64,000 nt of DNA from positions 19,952-83,951 of the forward strand of contig CADAZX010000016.1 in NCBI GenBank assembly GCA_902792515.1. Direction: 5' to 3'. A program made the translations under genes and the position numbers. Positions 44,109 to 54,000 of the stretch are shown here, piece by piece. Below the pieces are notes generated by a model. That model did no database searches and was not told where the DNA came from. It saw only the letters and a list, made by a program, of their open reading frames with translations. Source of the DNA: an uncultured Ruminococcus sp. (GTDB taxonomy: Bacteria; Bacillota; Clostridia; UBA1212). The stretch's first letter is position 1. Each line of letters begins with the position of its first letter.

Positions 44109-44460
44109 TTAACCGCACCTCCAATTCGTTAACAACCAAATACCGTTTTCCGGCATTTTCACGTATCTGTCGAAGTCCCAAAATCATTGCGTCGAAAACA
44201 GGAATCAGTTTTTGTCTGTCCGCTTCGCTCAGTTCCGGGCATTCCCACACGAGGAAGCCGTCTGCGTCTTTATAACGGACCTTTTCCGGTAAGCCTTCGG
44301 GATTGTAAACCGACTCGGCGTAGCCCACCGCAGTGAACAGAACCGCCGTAACGGCCGAGCAGACTATATCGCGTCCCGCTCTCGCATATCCCGCATGACC
44401 CCTGGCTTCGAAGCGCTCCACAAGTCCATCAGGAGCCCTTTGAAATCTGACCTCAACCAT
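44101..44460 (-). CDS. prp: Ribosomal-processing cysteine protease Prp.
   Basis: Located between rplU and rpmA. GHAGYA...DIVCSAVTA catalytic His/Cys context. Confidence 0.85.
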   Translation of the reverse strand: MVEVRFQRAPDGLVERFEARGHAGYARAGRDIVCSAVTAVLFTAVGYAESVYNPEGLPEKVRYKDADGFLVWECPELSEADRQKLIPVFDAMILGLRQIRENAGKRYLVVNELEVRLND

Positions 44461-44469
44461 AAGTCACAA

Positions 44470-44787
44470 TCAAGCGTTAATAGCTTCGATAACAACCTTT
44501 GTGTAAGGCTGTCTGTGGCCCTGCCTTTTGCGGTAGCCCTTCTTCGCTTTATGCTTAATGATTCTGATCTTTTTGCCTTTGCCCTGCTTCACGATTTTGC
44601 CGGTAACCGTAGCACCCTCGATGTAAGGAGCGCCGAAAGCCTTCGCCTCGTCGTCAGCAACCGCAAGCACCTGATCAAAAGTAACGACATCGTCAGCTTC
44701 GCCCTCGAGTTTCTCGATGAAAATCTCGTCGCCTGCCTGAACTCTGTACTGCTTGCCGCCCGTAAGAATAACAGCATATTTTTCCAT
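44470..44787 (-). CDS. rplU: 50S ribosomal protein L21.
   Basis: Start at 44787 ([20 protein letters not shown]) with a GGGAGG RBS. Confidence 0.95.
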   Translation of the reverse strand: MEKYAVILTGGKQYRVQAGDEIFIEKLEGEADDVVTFDQVLAVADDEAKAFGAPYIEGATVTGKIVKQGKGKKIRIIKHKAKKGYRKRQGHRQPYTKVVIEAINA

Positions 44788-44925
44788 TGAATACACCTCC
44801 CGTAATAGTTGTCTGAAATATCAGCCTTCAGGTCACGCCTTCACGCACCGCCAATGGAGAGCGGCGCTCGCATAAGGCACGGAATTACCGGAATTCCGAT
44901 TTAGGAGCCTCGCCAGAGCGGATCG
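44788..44925 (-). promoter_or_regulatory. Structured 5' leader of rplU, a possible L21-type ribosomal leader.
   Basis: A ~135-nt GC-rich leader lies between the predicted TSS and the start codon. Firmicutes rplU operons commonly carry an autoregulatory leader. I did not verify a match to a covariance model. Confidence 0.3.
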
Positions 44926-44931
44926 CAGTAG

Positions 44932-44961
44932 AGTATAGCACTTTTCGAGAGGCCTTGTCAA
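44932..44961 (-). promoter_or_regulatory. rplU operon promoter TTGACA-18-TATACT.
   Basis: On the minus strand the -35 is at 44961-44956 and the -10 at 44937-44932. Confidence 0.6.
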
Positions 44962-45095
44962 CAATTATTTAAAGAAAAAACGGAAAAATCGCGGCGAAAA
45001 CTCATCTTTTTCTGCCAAAAATAGAGAAATAAATGGCGCCGGGCGGTAACCGTCTCCGATCCGCCCGGCGCAGCCCTCCAAAACCGTGGAGTCTG

Positions 45096-46091
45096 TTATT
45101 TTGTTTCGTCCGAAGCAAGCGGCTCCTCGACTTTGAGTTTTTCGAGAATGATTCTCTCGCCTTCCATCGAAATTGCGACCTTGCTCTTCGCGGAGATTCC
45201 CGCCCGTTCGAGGTACGCCTCGGGGATGAAAACTCTGTGGCGGCCGTCGATGAACGCGAACTCGGTGTGCGATCCGGAGTCGTGGCCCGCGGTCGCGTTG
45301 AGCATCTCCTCGCTGCTGTGGGACATCTCTTTTGTCCGGATAAACTCGGTTCCGATTCGGCCGTCGCTTATCGTCACAACGCGCGGCACCATGTGAGACA
45401 GCTGCCTGTCGTGCGTGACGACGATGACGGTTACGCCGAGTTCCTTGTTGAGACGCGTGAACAGGTCCATGATCTGGGCGGTCGTTTTCGTGTCGACCGC
45501 GCCGGTAGGCTCGTCCGCGAGCAGGATCGGAGGCTGGTTTGCGAGCGCAATCGCGATGGCGACACGCTGCTGTTCACCGCCTGAAAGCTCGAACATCTTG
45601 CTGTTCTTTCTGTCCGCGAGTCCGACCTCGTCAAGAAGCATCAGCGCGCGGTCCTCGTCGACCTTTCCCGCCAGCTGCATGACAAGTTTGATGTTGTCGA
45701 TTGCAGAGAGGTAAGGAACCATGTTCCTGGCCGTGTTCTGCCACACGAAGCCGACAGTCTCGCGCATGTAACGGCTCATCTGTTTTGTGTCGAGCTTGAG
45801 CAGGTTGATGCCGTTGACGTAGATTCTGCCTGCCGTAGGTCTGTCGAGACCGCCGATCGCGTTGAGCAGCGTCGATTTTCCGGAGCCGGAGTTACCGATT
45901 ATCGCGATGAACTCGCCTTTTTCGATCATAAGGTCGAGTCCCTGCAGCGCCATGACCTCGATCTCGCCGATCTTGTAGAGTTTGATCAGGTTCTCGCAGT
46001 AGACAATCGCGTTTTCGGGGGGCGTAAAGCCCTGCTGGTAGTCATCCTTGCCGTACGTCAGTTCAGCCAGACTTTTTATTTTCGCGCACAT
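45096..46091 (-). CDS. ABC transporter ATP-binding protein (MacB/LolD-type) with a C-terminal SpoVT/AbrB-like extension.
   Basis: Start re-set to 46091 (MCAKIKSL...) with a GGGAGG RBS. GNSGSGKSTLLNAIGGL, LSGGEQQRVAIA and ILLADEPTG motifs. The tail is RVFIPEAYLERAGISAKSKVAISMEGERIILEKL. Confidence 0.8.
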   Translation of the reverse strand: MCAKIKSLAELTYGKDDYQQGFTPPENAIVYCENLIKLYKIGEIEVMALQGLDLMIEKGEFIAIIGNSGSGKSTLLNAIGGLDRPTAGRIYVNGINLLKLDTKQMSRYMRETVGFVWQNTARNMVPYLSAIDNIKLVMQLAGKVDEDRALMLLDEVGLADRKNSKMFELSGGEQQRVAIAIALANQPPILLADEPTGAVDTKTTAQIMDLFTRLNKELGVTVIVVTHDRQLSHMVPRVVTISDGRIGTEFIRTKEMSHSSEEMLNATAGHDSGSHTEFAFIDGRHRVFIPEAYLERAGISAKSKVAISMEGERIILEKLKVEEPLASDETK

Positions 46092-46959
46092 CGACAACCC
46101 TCCCGTCCTCAAGTGTATAAATGATATCGGCAACGCCCATGATATTTACGTCGTGCGTCGTCATTATTATCGTCAAGCCTTCTTCGTCAACGAGATTCCT
46201 GAACATTTTCACAACCTCGAACGACGTTCTGGTATCAAGCTCCGCCGTCGGCTCGTCCGCGAGCAGCAGCTTCGGGGAATGCGCCAGCGCTCTTCCGATA
46301 GCTGTTCTGGCCTGTTCGCCGCCGGACATTTCCGCAGGCATGTGGTTGCGGCGGTCTCTGATGCCCATTTTTTCGAGCCAGATGATCGAGCTTTTTCTCC
46401 TCTTTTCGGAGTGGATGCCCGCGATAGACAGCGCAAACTCGACGTTTTCGATCGCGCTCATGTTGGACATCAGCGCGGTGTTCTGGAAAACGATTCCCAT
46501 GTTGGTGCGTCTCAGATTGTCGCGCCCGTTTTCGCTCATCTTGTCGTACGCCTTGCCCTCGAACGAAACCGTTCCGCTCGTAGGCATGTCGATCGCCGCA
46601 ATCAGGTTGAGGAGCGTCGTTTTTCCGGAACCGGATTTACCGCAGAGAATCACGAAGCTGCCGCGTTTGATGTCCATGGAAACGTCGTTCACCGCGACGA
46701 TCTGCTGCTCTTTGCGCCGGAACTCTCTCGTGACGTGGTCGACGTATACAAGCGTTTCGCCGATTCCCTCCGGAAGTTTCTTCTCCTCGCCGGAAGCTTC
46801 GTCCGCGTTGTCTTCTGCCGCTTCGCCGGCGGCGCCTTCCACTGCACCTTCCAAAGCCTCTTTCGGCGCCGCGCTTGCAACGTCGTTCACGGTTTCTTCC
46901 GCTGTCTGCAGCGCCTCATTCAGTTCGTTTTCGTTAAATTTTTCCGCCACAGCCATCAC
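46063..46959 (-). CDS. ABC transporter ATP-binding protein (second ATPase) with an acidic N-terminal extension.
   Basis: GKSGSGKTTLLNLIA, MSGGEQARTAIGRA and LLLADEPTA motifs. Confidence 0.85.
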   Translation of the reverse strand: MMAVAEKFNENELNEALQTAEETVNDVASAAPKEALEGAVEGAAGEAAEDNADEASGEEKKLPEGIGETLVYVDHVTREFRRKEQQIVAVNDVSMDIKRGSFVILCGKSGSGKTTLLNLIAAIDMPTSGTVSFEGKAYDKMSENGRDNLRRTNMGIVFQNTALMSNMSAIENVEFALSIAGIHSEKRRKSSIIWLEKMGIRDRRNHMPAEMSGGEQARTAIGRALAHSPKLLLADEPTAELDTRTSFEVVKMFRNLVDEEGLTIIMTTHDVNIMGVADIIYTLEDGRVVDVRENKKSG

Positions 46960-49826
46960 TCCTCTCCGATCTTGACCGCCTCGTTGATCTTCAGCTTGTT
47001 AATGAACATCGAGAGAACCACGATACCCGTAATAAGCATTGCGATAACGACCGCGTAAATCTTTAAGTTGTCGCCTCTGTTGAAGACGATCTCGAGCGGC
47101 AGAGCGCTTCCCGAGTATGCGATCTTCAGCAACGGTGTGTAGACCTTAACGGTGAGCGCGCCGATAAGAATTCCCATGAGCACCGAGACGCCTGTAGTCA
47201 GAATGTGCTCGATGATGAGCATTACCGTCAGCTTGCCCTTCGTGAGACCCATCGCCCTCAGGATACCGAACTGCAGCTTTCTGTTGCGGACGTTCATGAT
47301 CCAGTAGATCAGGAAACCGACGAACGAAACCGTCAGCGTCGACACGAAGCCGATCGAGTAGGAACCGTTGAGGCCGCGCAGCATCGAGTCGCTCTTCGCG
47401 TTCTCCATGATGTCGGGTCTGTAGAGCAGAATCTCCGAGCTGTCCTCGACAAGGCCGGATTCAAGCGCCTGGTCGACGAACTTTTCGTAACCCTTGTGCG
47501 CGCTGTCCTTGAGCGCGAGGTAGAGGTCGAATTCGGTGGTGCTGCGGACCGAGTAGAGATACTCGAAGTTCATAATGATGTATCTCTTTCCGGTGTAGTA
47601 AGAGCCGACGACCTCGCCCTTGTCGTTTTTTTGCTCGACTTCATGCGCTGAGCCGTCGCCCATTGTCGGCCAGTAGTCGATGATCGCGGCCACGAAGCAC
47701 GCCATCGGACGCCAGTATTCGTCGGGATACTGGTTGCTCGAGTTGATTTCAAGCGTTATCGTATCGCCGACCTTGACGCCGACCTCCTGCGCAGCCGCGG
47801 AGGAAATAATTACCGACATCGGGGAAAGCTCCATTGCGTTGAGCAATTCGTTGAAGCTGATTCCGTTCAGCGACTTGCCGCACCAGCCGATTTTGCCGTA
47901 CTCGTACGGATCGATCGCCATGAGAGAAAAGTCGAAGTGCGGTCTTCCGTCCTCGTCGAACGCGTAAACGTCGTCGCAGTGGAGAACTCTCGAAACGGAT
48001 TCAACGTATTCGTTCTGAGCGTATTTTTCGACCGGGAACGGGCGGTACGATTCGGGAACCGCGACTCTCGTTCCGTCATCCTTGTAGATATAGGGGGAAT
48101 ACTCCGAAAAATCGGGGTGGATTATCGCGTCCGCGCCGTACGAGAACTTGACCGTATTTTCGACGTTGCTGTTGATGATTCGCGCCGAAGCGGAGCTGTA
48201 AATGCCGACGCTGATGGTCATAACGAGGAAGAGCATCAGGAAGCGGTAGTCGTTTCCGCCTCTCGAAACCTGAACGAACGCCGAATAACCGGACGGCGGC
48301 AGGACCCTCTTCGTGAGCTTGAAGATCAGCGCGACAATGAACGGGTAGATTCTGAGGAAGAACAGGCCGCAGCCGAGAATGAACAGCGACGAGATCACGT
48401 AAACGATCGGGTCGACCGTGCCGTCCACGTTGAAGCCGTTCGTGCGCTTGTAGATGAAGAACAGGCCGATCGACACGGCAAGAAGAATAAGGTCTATGCA
48501 GCTCTTTTCCCACCATGTGAGCTTGCTCTTTCTCGCCCGCGACTGCTTCAGATTGACGATCGTTCCGCGTGTCGCGTGGAGCGCGGGAATGAGGATCAGC
48601 GCCGAGAAGAACAGGCAGGCGATTATCGCGTAGAGGTAGGCACCTCCGCTGAGTTTGATAGGCATGACCTCGCGCGCCTTGAATTCGAGGAAGCCGCTCG
48701 CGTTTCCGACCGTTTTGGCGAGAACGAAGCCGAGCAGCGGGCCGAACACGATCGCGAAGGCCGAAATAAAGAGGCTCTCGATTACGTAGCGCAGGAAAAT
48801 CTGGGACGTTTTCGCGCCGCGGCTCTTGAACGTCGAAATCTCGTTGCGGTCCTCTTCGATGATCATCCTGGTGACCATTATCATGTAGAACGCGAGCATC
48901 GCGATGACGGGCACGTTGAGTACCCAGAGCGACATCTGCATCTGCGTGGTCTTTTTGAGGTAGGCGTTGATCAGGCGGACCGAATTGAGGTTGAGCGTTC
49001 CGCGGCCGGTGCCGAGGTCCTTCATGTACCCGTAGAGTTTCTGGTAGTAAACGATAAACGTCGACAGGTTGTCGATGCCCGCCTTCGAAAAGTCGAGGTT
49101 GGCGTAAATGTTCGCGCCTGTGAGCATTTCTCCGCGGGAACCCGTGAAAAACGCCTCCTTGAACGAGAGCAGCGAGCAGAAAAGGTTCTCGTCAAACAGC
49201 TTTTCGTTGTTGTACCAGAACGGCGACGTCTCGTCGATGATCTCGAACGTACCGACCGGTCTCACGCTGACGTCCATTCCGTCGTGCGAGAGCGTGTACA
49301 CCTCCCCGAGCTTCAAGCCCGGATTCCTGTCAAACTCGGAACGCTCCAGAATCACCTCGACAACGCCCTCGGACGTGGCGTCGGCAAACATGCGTCCCTC
49401 GATAATCATTATGTTGTCTTCCAGCCCCGAAAGCGTGCTGACCGTCCAGTTCGTTGAGAAGTTGAACGTTTTGTCGTTTCTTTCAGGCTGCAGGTTTCCG
49501 ACGTAAAACTGCGAATACGAGTTCTTTACACCTACGGACGTGCCCTTGAGTCCGTCGAAAACGCGGCTCTCCATTTCAAGAAGTTTGTTTCCTCTCGAGG
49601 AACCGAACATCTGAATCGGCACCTTTCCCGTAAAATACATCTGGCCTGCCGGTTTCTTGTTGTCGCGTTCGTACGCTTTCATCTCAGTCGAAAGCATCTG
49701 CCGCAGCGTTCCCATCGTGTACATAGGAATGCACGCCAGAACGCTCGTGATGAGCAGCGAACCGATGATCAGGCAGACAAACATCCAGATGTTGTTCTTT
49801 ATTTTGCTTAAAACCGACTTAATCAT
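46956..49826 (-). CDS. ABC transporter permease with two FtsX-like modules.
   Basis: 956 aa. Two 4-TM FtsX-type blocks are separated by large extracytoplasmic domains. The stop overlaps the start of the ATPase gene. Confidence 0.8.
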   Translation of the reverse strand: MIKSVLSKIKNNIWMFVCLIIGSLLITSVLACIPMYTMGTLRQMLSTEMKAYERDNKKPAGQMYFTGKVPIQMFGSSRGNKLLEMESRVFDGLKGTSVGVKNSYSQFYVGNLQPERNDKTFNFSTNWTVSTLSGLEDNIMIIEGRMFADATSEGVVEVILERSEFDRNPGLKLGEVYTLSHDGMDVSVRPVGTFEIIDETSPFWYNNEKLFDENLFCSLLSFKEAFFTGSRGEMLTGANIYANLDFSKAGIDNLSTFIVYYQKLYGYMKDLGTGRGTLNLNSVRLINAYLKKTTQMQMSLWVLNVPVIAMLAFYMIMVTRMIIEEDRNEISTFKSRGAKTSQIFLRYVIESLFISAFAIVFGPLLGFVLAKTVGNASGFLEFKAREVMPIKLSGGAYLYAIIACLFFSALILIPALHATRGTIVNLKQSRARKSKLTWWEKSCIDLILLAVSIGLFFIYKRTNGFNVDGTVDPIVYVISSLFILGCGLFFLRIYPFIVALIFKLTKRVLPPSGYSAFVQVSRGGNDYRFLMLFLVMTISVGIYSSASARIINSNVENTVKFSYGADAIIHPDFSEYSPYIYKDDGTRVAVPESYRPFPVEKYAQNEYVESVSRVLHCDDVYAFDEDGRPHFDFSLMAIDPYEYGKIGWCGKSLNGISFNELLNAMELSPMSVIISSAAAQEVGVKVGDTITLEINSSNQYPDEYWRPMACFVAAIIDYWPTMGDGSAHEVEQKNDKGEVVGSYYTGKRYIIMNFEYLYSVRSTTEFDLYLALKDSAHKGYEKFVDQALESGLVEDSSEILLYRPDIMENAKSDSMLRGLNGSYSIGFVSTLTVSFVGFLIYWIMNVRNRKLQFGILRAMGLTKGKLTVMLIIEHILTTGVSVLMGILIGALTVKVYTPLLKIAYSGSALPLEIVFNRGDNLKIYAVVIAMLITGIVVLSMFINKLKINEAVKIGEE

Positions 49827-49977
49827 AAGCTCTTTCCGTCTTTACTGATTACCGCAGGCCCTTCCCGCCTATTTTCCGGAAATTTTCCGGGAAATATCCC
49901 GAAGGTCCGAAACCGCCGCAAGGAGGGAATTATCCGCAAGCGGCCGCCCCGCGGTCAATAGTCACATTTTCGCCCTT

Positions 49978-50985
49978 TTAATACTGGACTATCTGCTGGC
50001 CGAGTTCGAGTCCCGACTTGATTTCTACGAACGAATCGTCCGAGATGCCGACTTCGACGTAGCACTCTCGTCTCAGTCCCTGAGAGTCGAGCACGTAAAC
50101 GAAGTTCCTGCCCTCAAACGAATAAAGCGCCGAAACAGGAATTTTAAGGCAGTTGAGCGCCTTTTCCTCTTCGACAAAGGTAACCGTCAGCCTGTCGCCC
50201 ACCTTAATGTCCTCCGGAACGCCCGAAAGATCGATAAAGTACGAAATCGACTGTCCGTCCGTTCCCGCCGCCTGCGACGAGCCTATAATCTTCGCCTCAA
50301 AAGGAGTTTTGTCCACGGAAGCGCCGGATCTCGTCAGCGAAACTGTCGAGTGGATGCCCATAGTGTACTTGGCGGCAGTGCTTGCTTCAACGGTCATAAT
50401 GCCCTGCGCGTCGTCCATCGACTCAGGATCGACGACAACCATGCACTCGCCCGGCGTTACCTGTGCGTTGGGGTCCCTTCCGATCGTAAATCTCGTGTTG
50501 ATATACCGGACAGTCCCGTCGATCTCAGTTTTGAGCTCCGCCGAGTCCACGACCTGCTGCAGTGAATCGCGTTCGTACTGAAGCGCCTTTCTCGTCAACG
50601 AGTTCAGTCCGCCCGCTTCAAGCCTTGCGTCGATCTCGGCGATCCGCGCCGTTTCCTGAGCCGTGTTGAGTCTGCAAAGCACGTCGCCTTTCGTCACCTT
50701 CTGGCCGCTTCTGACAATCATCTGGTCAAGACTCGCGCCGCTCACATTGTAAGAGTACTTGACGGCGCCGAAGGACGTGACCGTGCACATACCGGAAAAC
50801 TCCTTCGTAATATCGCCCTCAATGACGCGGTACATCTTGTACTCGACTTTAATCGGCGTGCTCAGCGCGACTTCGTCGTCTTTGTCCCCGTAGTTGAACA
50901 GGGAGCAGCCGCCGACCAGCAGGCAAATCGCCGTGATCACGCTGCACGCAACAAGAAATTTCGATACCTTTTCGCGAATTCTCAT
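49978..50985 (-). CDS. HlyD/MacA-type periplasmic adaptor-like lipoprotein.
   Basis: Start re-set to 50985 (MRIREKVSKFLVACSVITAICLLVGGC lipobox). Barrel-sandwich/coiled-coil-like layout. First gene of the ABC operon. Confidence 0.65.
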   Translation of the reverse strand: MRIREKVSKFLVACSVITAICLLVGGCSLFNYGDKDDEVALSTPIKVEYKMYRVIEGDITKEFSGMCTVTSFGAVKYSYNVSGASLDQMIVRSGQKVTKGDVLCRLNTAQETARIAEIDARLEAGGLNSLTRKALQYERDSLQQVVDSAELKTEIDGTVRYINTRFTIGRDPNAQVTPGECMVVVDPESMDDAQGIMTVEASTAAKYTMGIHSTVSLTRSGASVDKTPFEAKIIGSSQAAGTDGQSISYFIDLSGVPEDIKVGDRLTVTFVEEEKALNCLKIPVSALYSFEGRNFVYVLDSQGLRRECYVEVGISDDSFVEIKSGLELGQQIVQY

Positions 50986-51065
50986 ACCTGTCTCCGTTTC
51001 AAATTTACCAAAAATGTATTTTCGAGATCCGTAGCGCCTTCCGGAAATCCGGCCCGGCACTGCCG

Positions 51066-54000
51066 TCAGTTCATTTCGACCCTGTACTCGCCGCCGCTCC
51101 GCAGAAAATACAGAACGCACTCATCCGCGTCGTGTCCGGAAATGTCGCGAACGGCATCTCTGTAACACCTCAGCTGCAGCTTGTAAGAATTTATCAGCGG
51201 GATGCCTTCAGGCACTTTTCCGCTGTCCGTTTTAAAGTCAACGATGACCAGACGATCTCCGATTCTATAGTATAAATCAATAACGCCTTGAATTGCAATC
51301 TTCTTCTGCTCTTTTAAATTATTTTTTAAAGAAACTTCAACATTTCCGGCCCCGTTTTCCGTGTTGTCCGCCTTCTCCGGCTCGCCTGCTTCCGCAAGAA
51401 CCGCCTCAGCCTGCCTGCGGTATTTCCCGACGTCAGCGAAATACGTGAACGGCACCTCGCACCTGACGTTTGCGGCCCGGTACACCTCAGCGCCCCTGCC
51501 GGAAAGAATGAAGCCCGAAAGCATCCCGGCATCAGCGGAAAAGTACTCGCGGTCGTCGAGGACTCCTTCGTTGTAAAGCTTGTCAAGCGTGCTTTTCACG
51601 TATTCCGGAACCGCCGCCGGGTCCGGCGCCATGCGTGTTGAAGCGCCGTTTAAGGGTTCTTCGCCGGCGGCGTCCTTCACGGGCCAGTTTCTTCTGTCCT
51701 CGATAAGGATCCTCGCGCATTTGTGCATCAGCGTTCCGAACTCGGCGCCTCTCAGCTTTTCGGGAGGCGCCGGTTTTCCGGCCTTCCCGTTTGCCTTTGC
51801 TGCTCCTGCTGCTTCCGGTCCGATTGCGGCGGACGCCTCTTCAGCGGCCTCTTTTGCTGCCTCTTCCCCGTTTAATACCGGCTCCGTTTCGCCGTCGCCG
51901 TCAACGTCCGGGTCTGATATTTCCGGGAGCTTTCTGGCCTTGACCACGGCCGGACTTCTGCCGAAAACTACCGTTCCGTCGTCGTTTTCCGCGAATCTTT
52001 TTAGTTCGGAAACGGAAATCTTCTTGGGAAGCGACCCGTTGTCGGCAATTTCAAGCGCTCTCACGACGGTTTCAACCGCTGTATCGTGCTGAAGGTCCGG
52101 CTGTTCGCTGTCGGACCCGCCTTGAGGAAATTCCGGCAAGCCGCCGGTCTCTCCGCATATTTCCCGCGATGTTTCGACGCTCTTCCCGCCGTCGTGGACG
52201 CTTGCCTGTCCGGAACCGGAGCCTGAACCGGGGACAGTCCCGTTCTCCGCCTCTCTCAGCGCCGCGACAGCTTCTTTTAACGCCGGAATATCCTTTTCTT
52301 CAGGGCATTCTACGGTCGTATTCCAGTATTTTCTACCCTCTGCGTTTGCGACTGCCGGCCAAATCAGGTCAAACGGACAGCCTGCGGTCTTAACTTTCAG
52401 CGTTGAAACGAGGGGTTCAGCCCCGATGTTGTCCATTTCGGTCCACGGCGCCGGCTTTCCCTCCCCGCCTTGGGTCGGACAACCGGTCACGTAAAGCCGC
52501 TCTTTCGCGCGCGTCAGCGCGACGTAAATCTTCCGCTGAAGTTCTTTTCGCTCGTATGCCGCATTTTTCTTTCCGATGATATTCTTCGGCGCGGGGTTAA
52601 GAATATACCTGAAGCCGCTTTTCACGTCACCGTTGCCGTTCGAGCCGTTTTCGCCGGGTTCCGTGTCAACACCGATCGCAAACGGCAGAGCGATTCCGTC
52701 CTCTTCGTCGCATTTCGGGGATTTGTCATTTTTGTCGCTTTTCGAGGACTTCGTGCCGACGAAAAAAACCACCGGGAACTGAAGGCCCTTGCTTTTGTGA
52801 ACCGTCATGAACTTGATCCGGTCAGGCTCGATCGACGGCACCGCGTAGCTCCTCATCTTCTGGTTTTCGTTTTTAGATTTCTCCCTTTCGTAGGTGTTTT
52901 CGAGGAACGTCACAAATCCGTGCAGTCCGCTGTTCGTTCCGCTGTCGTAGGGCCTTGACATCTCAAGAAGCATCCTGAGATTTCCCTTTGCCTCCTCGTC
53001 GCATCGCGCATAGTAACCGCTAAAATTGACGGCCTCCCAGACAAACTGGGAAACGTTCACTTTTTCCGAAAAATCGCGGAGTTTGTTGATTTTTTCAACC
53101 GCCTCGACTGCGCGTGAAAGCACCTTTTCAGTTTTTGAATCAACCGGCGTCATGTTGCCCGCGCCAGCAGTCGCCTTCCCTGCAGCGAGAACCGTGTCCC
53201 AGAAGTCGCTCTTTTCGCTCTTTTTGTTCACTCCGCGCTTTCCCGCCTCGTTTTTCAAAATCGCGAGGTCTTCTTCGTCAAACCCGAACATTTTCGAGAG
53301 CAGAAGCGTCGCAAGCGGTATGTCGTTGCGCGGGTTGTCCGCGACCCTCAAAAGATTTATCACGTCGACGACCTCTTCGCACTCAAAAAAGAGTCTCGAT
53401 CCGTCGCTTTCGGTCGGGAAACCGAGCATTCTGAGCATTCTGCGCGTTTTTTTCAATTCGTCGTTCTTGCCCGCGAGGATGCAGATGTCACCGTAGCGCA
53501 GTCTGGTTTCAACCGGTTTGTCTTTTCCGTAATCATAGTCGTGCAGCGTCAGCCCGGACTTCATCAGCTCCAGAATCTTTCCGGCAACCGCAAGCGCCTC
53601 CAACTCAATATATTTAAGTTCTTTCTTTTCTCCCGGCTCGCCGCCCGTGCCTTCGCTTTCGGTTTTTCCTTCGCCTCCTGCGCCGTCTTCGCTTACGGAA
53701 CTCCCGGAACCTCCCGCATCTCCGGCTGCTCCTTTTTCCGCCGCTTTATTCTTCGCCGGCTTCGTCACGTAGCAGAGCTCGCACTTCACGTCGTCCTCTG
53801 TTTTGTATTTTTTGTCGTCTTCGGGGAAAATGAGCTTGTGCCTGTCTTTTTCGTAGTCAATGTCCGCGGTCGCGCGCGTCATCGTCCTGCAGAAAACCGC
53901 GTTCACCGCGTCGAGAATGGTCTTTCTGCTGCGGTAGTTTTTGCTGAGAATTTTGAGAACGCCGTCATTCACCGGGTTCCCGTCAGCGTCAACCTTCCCA

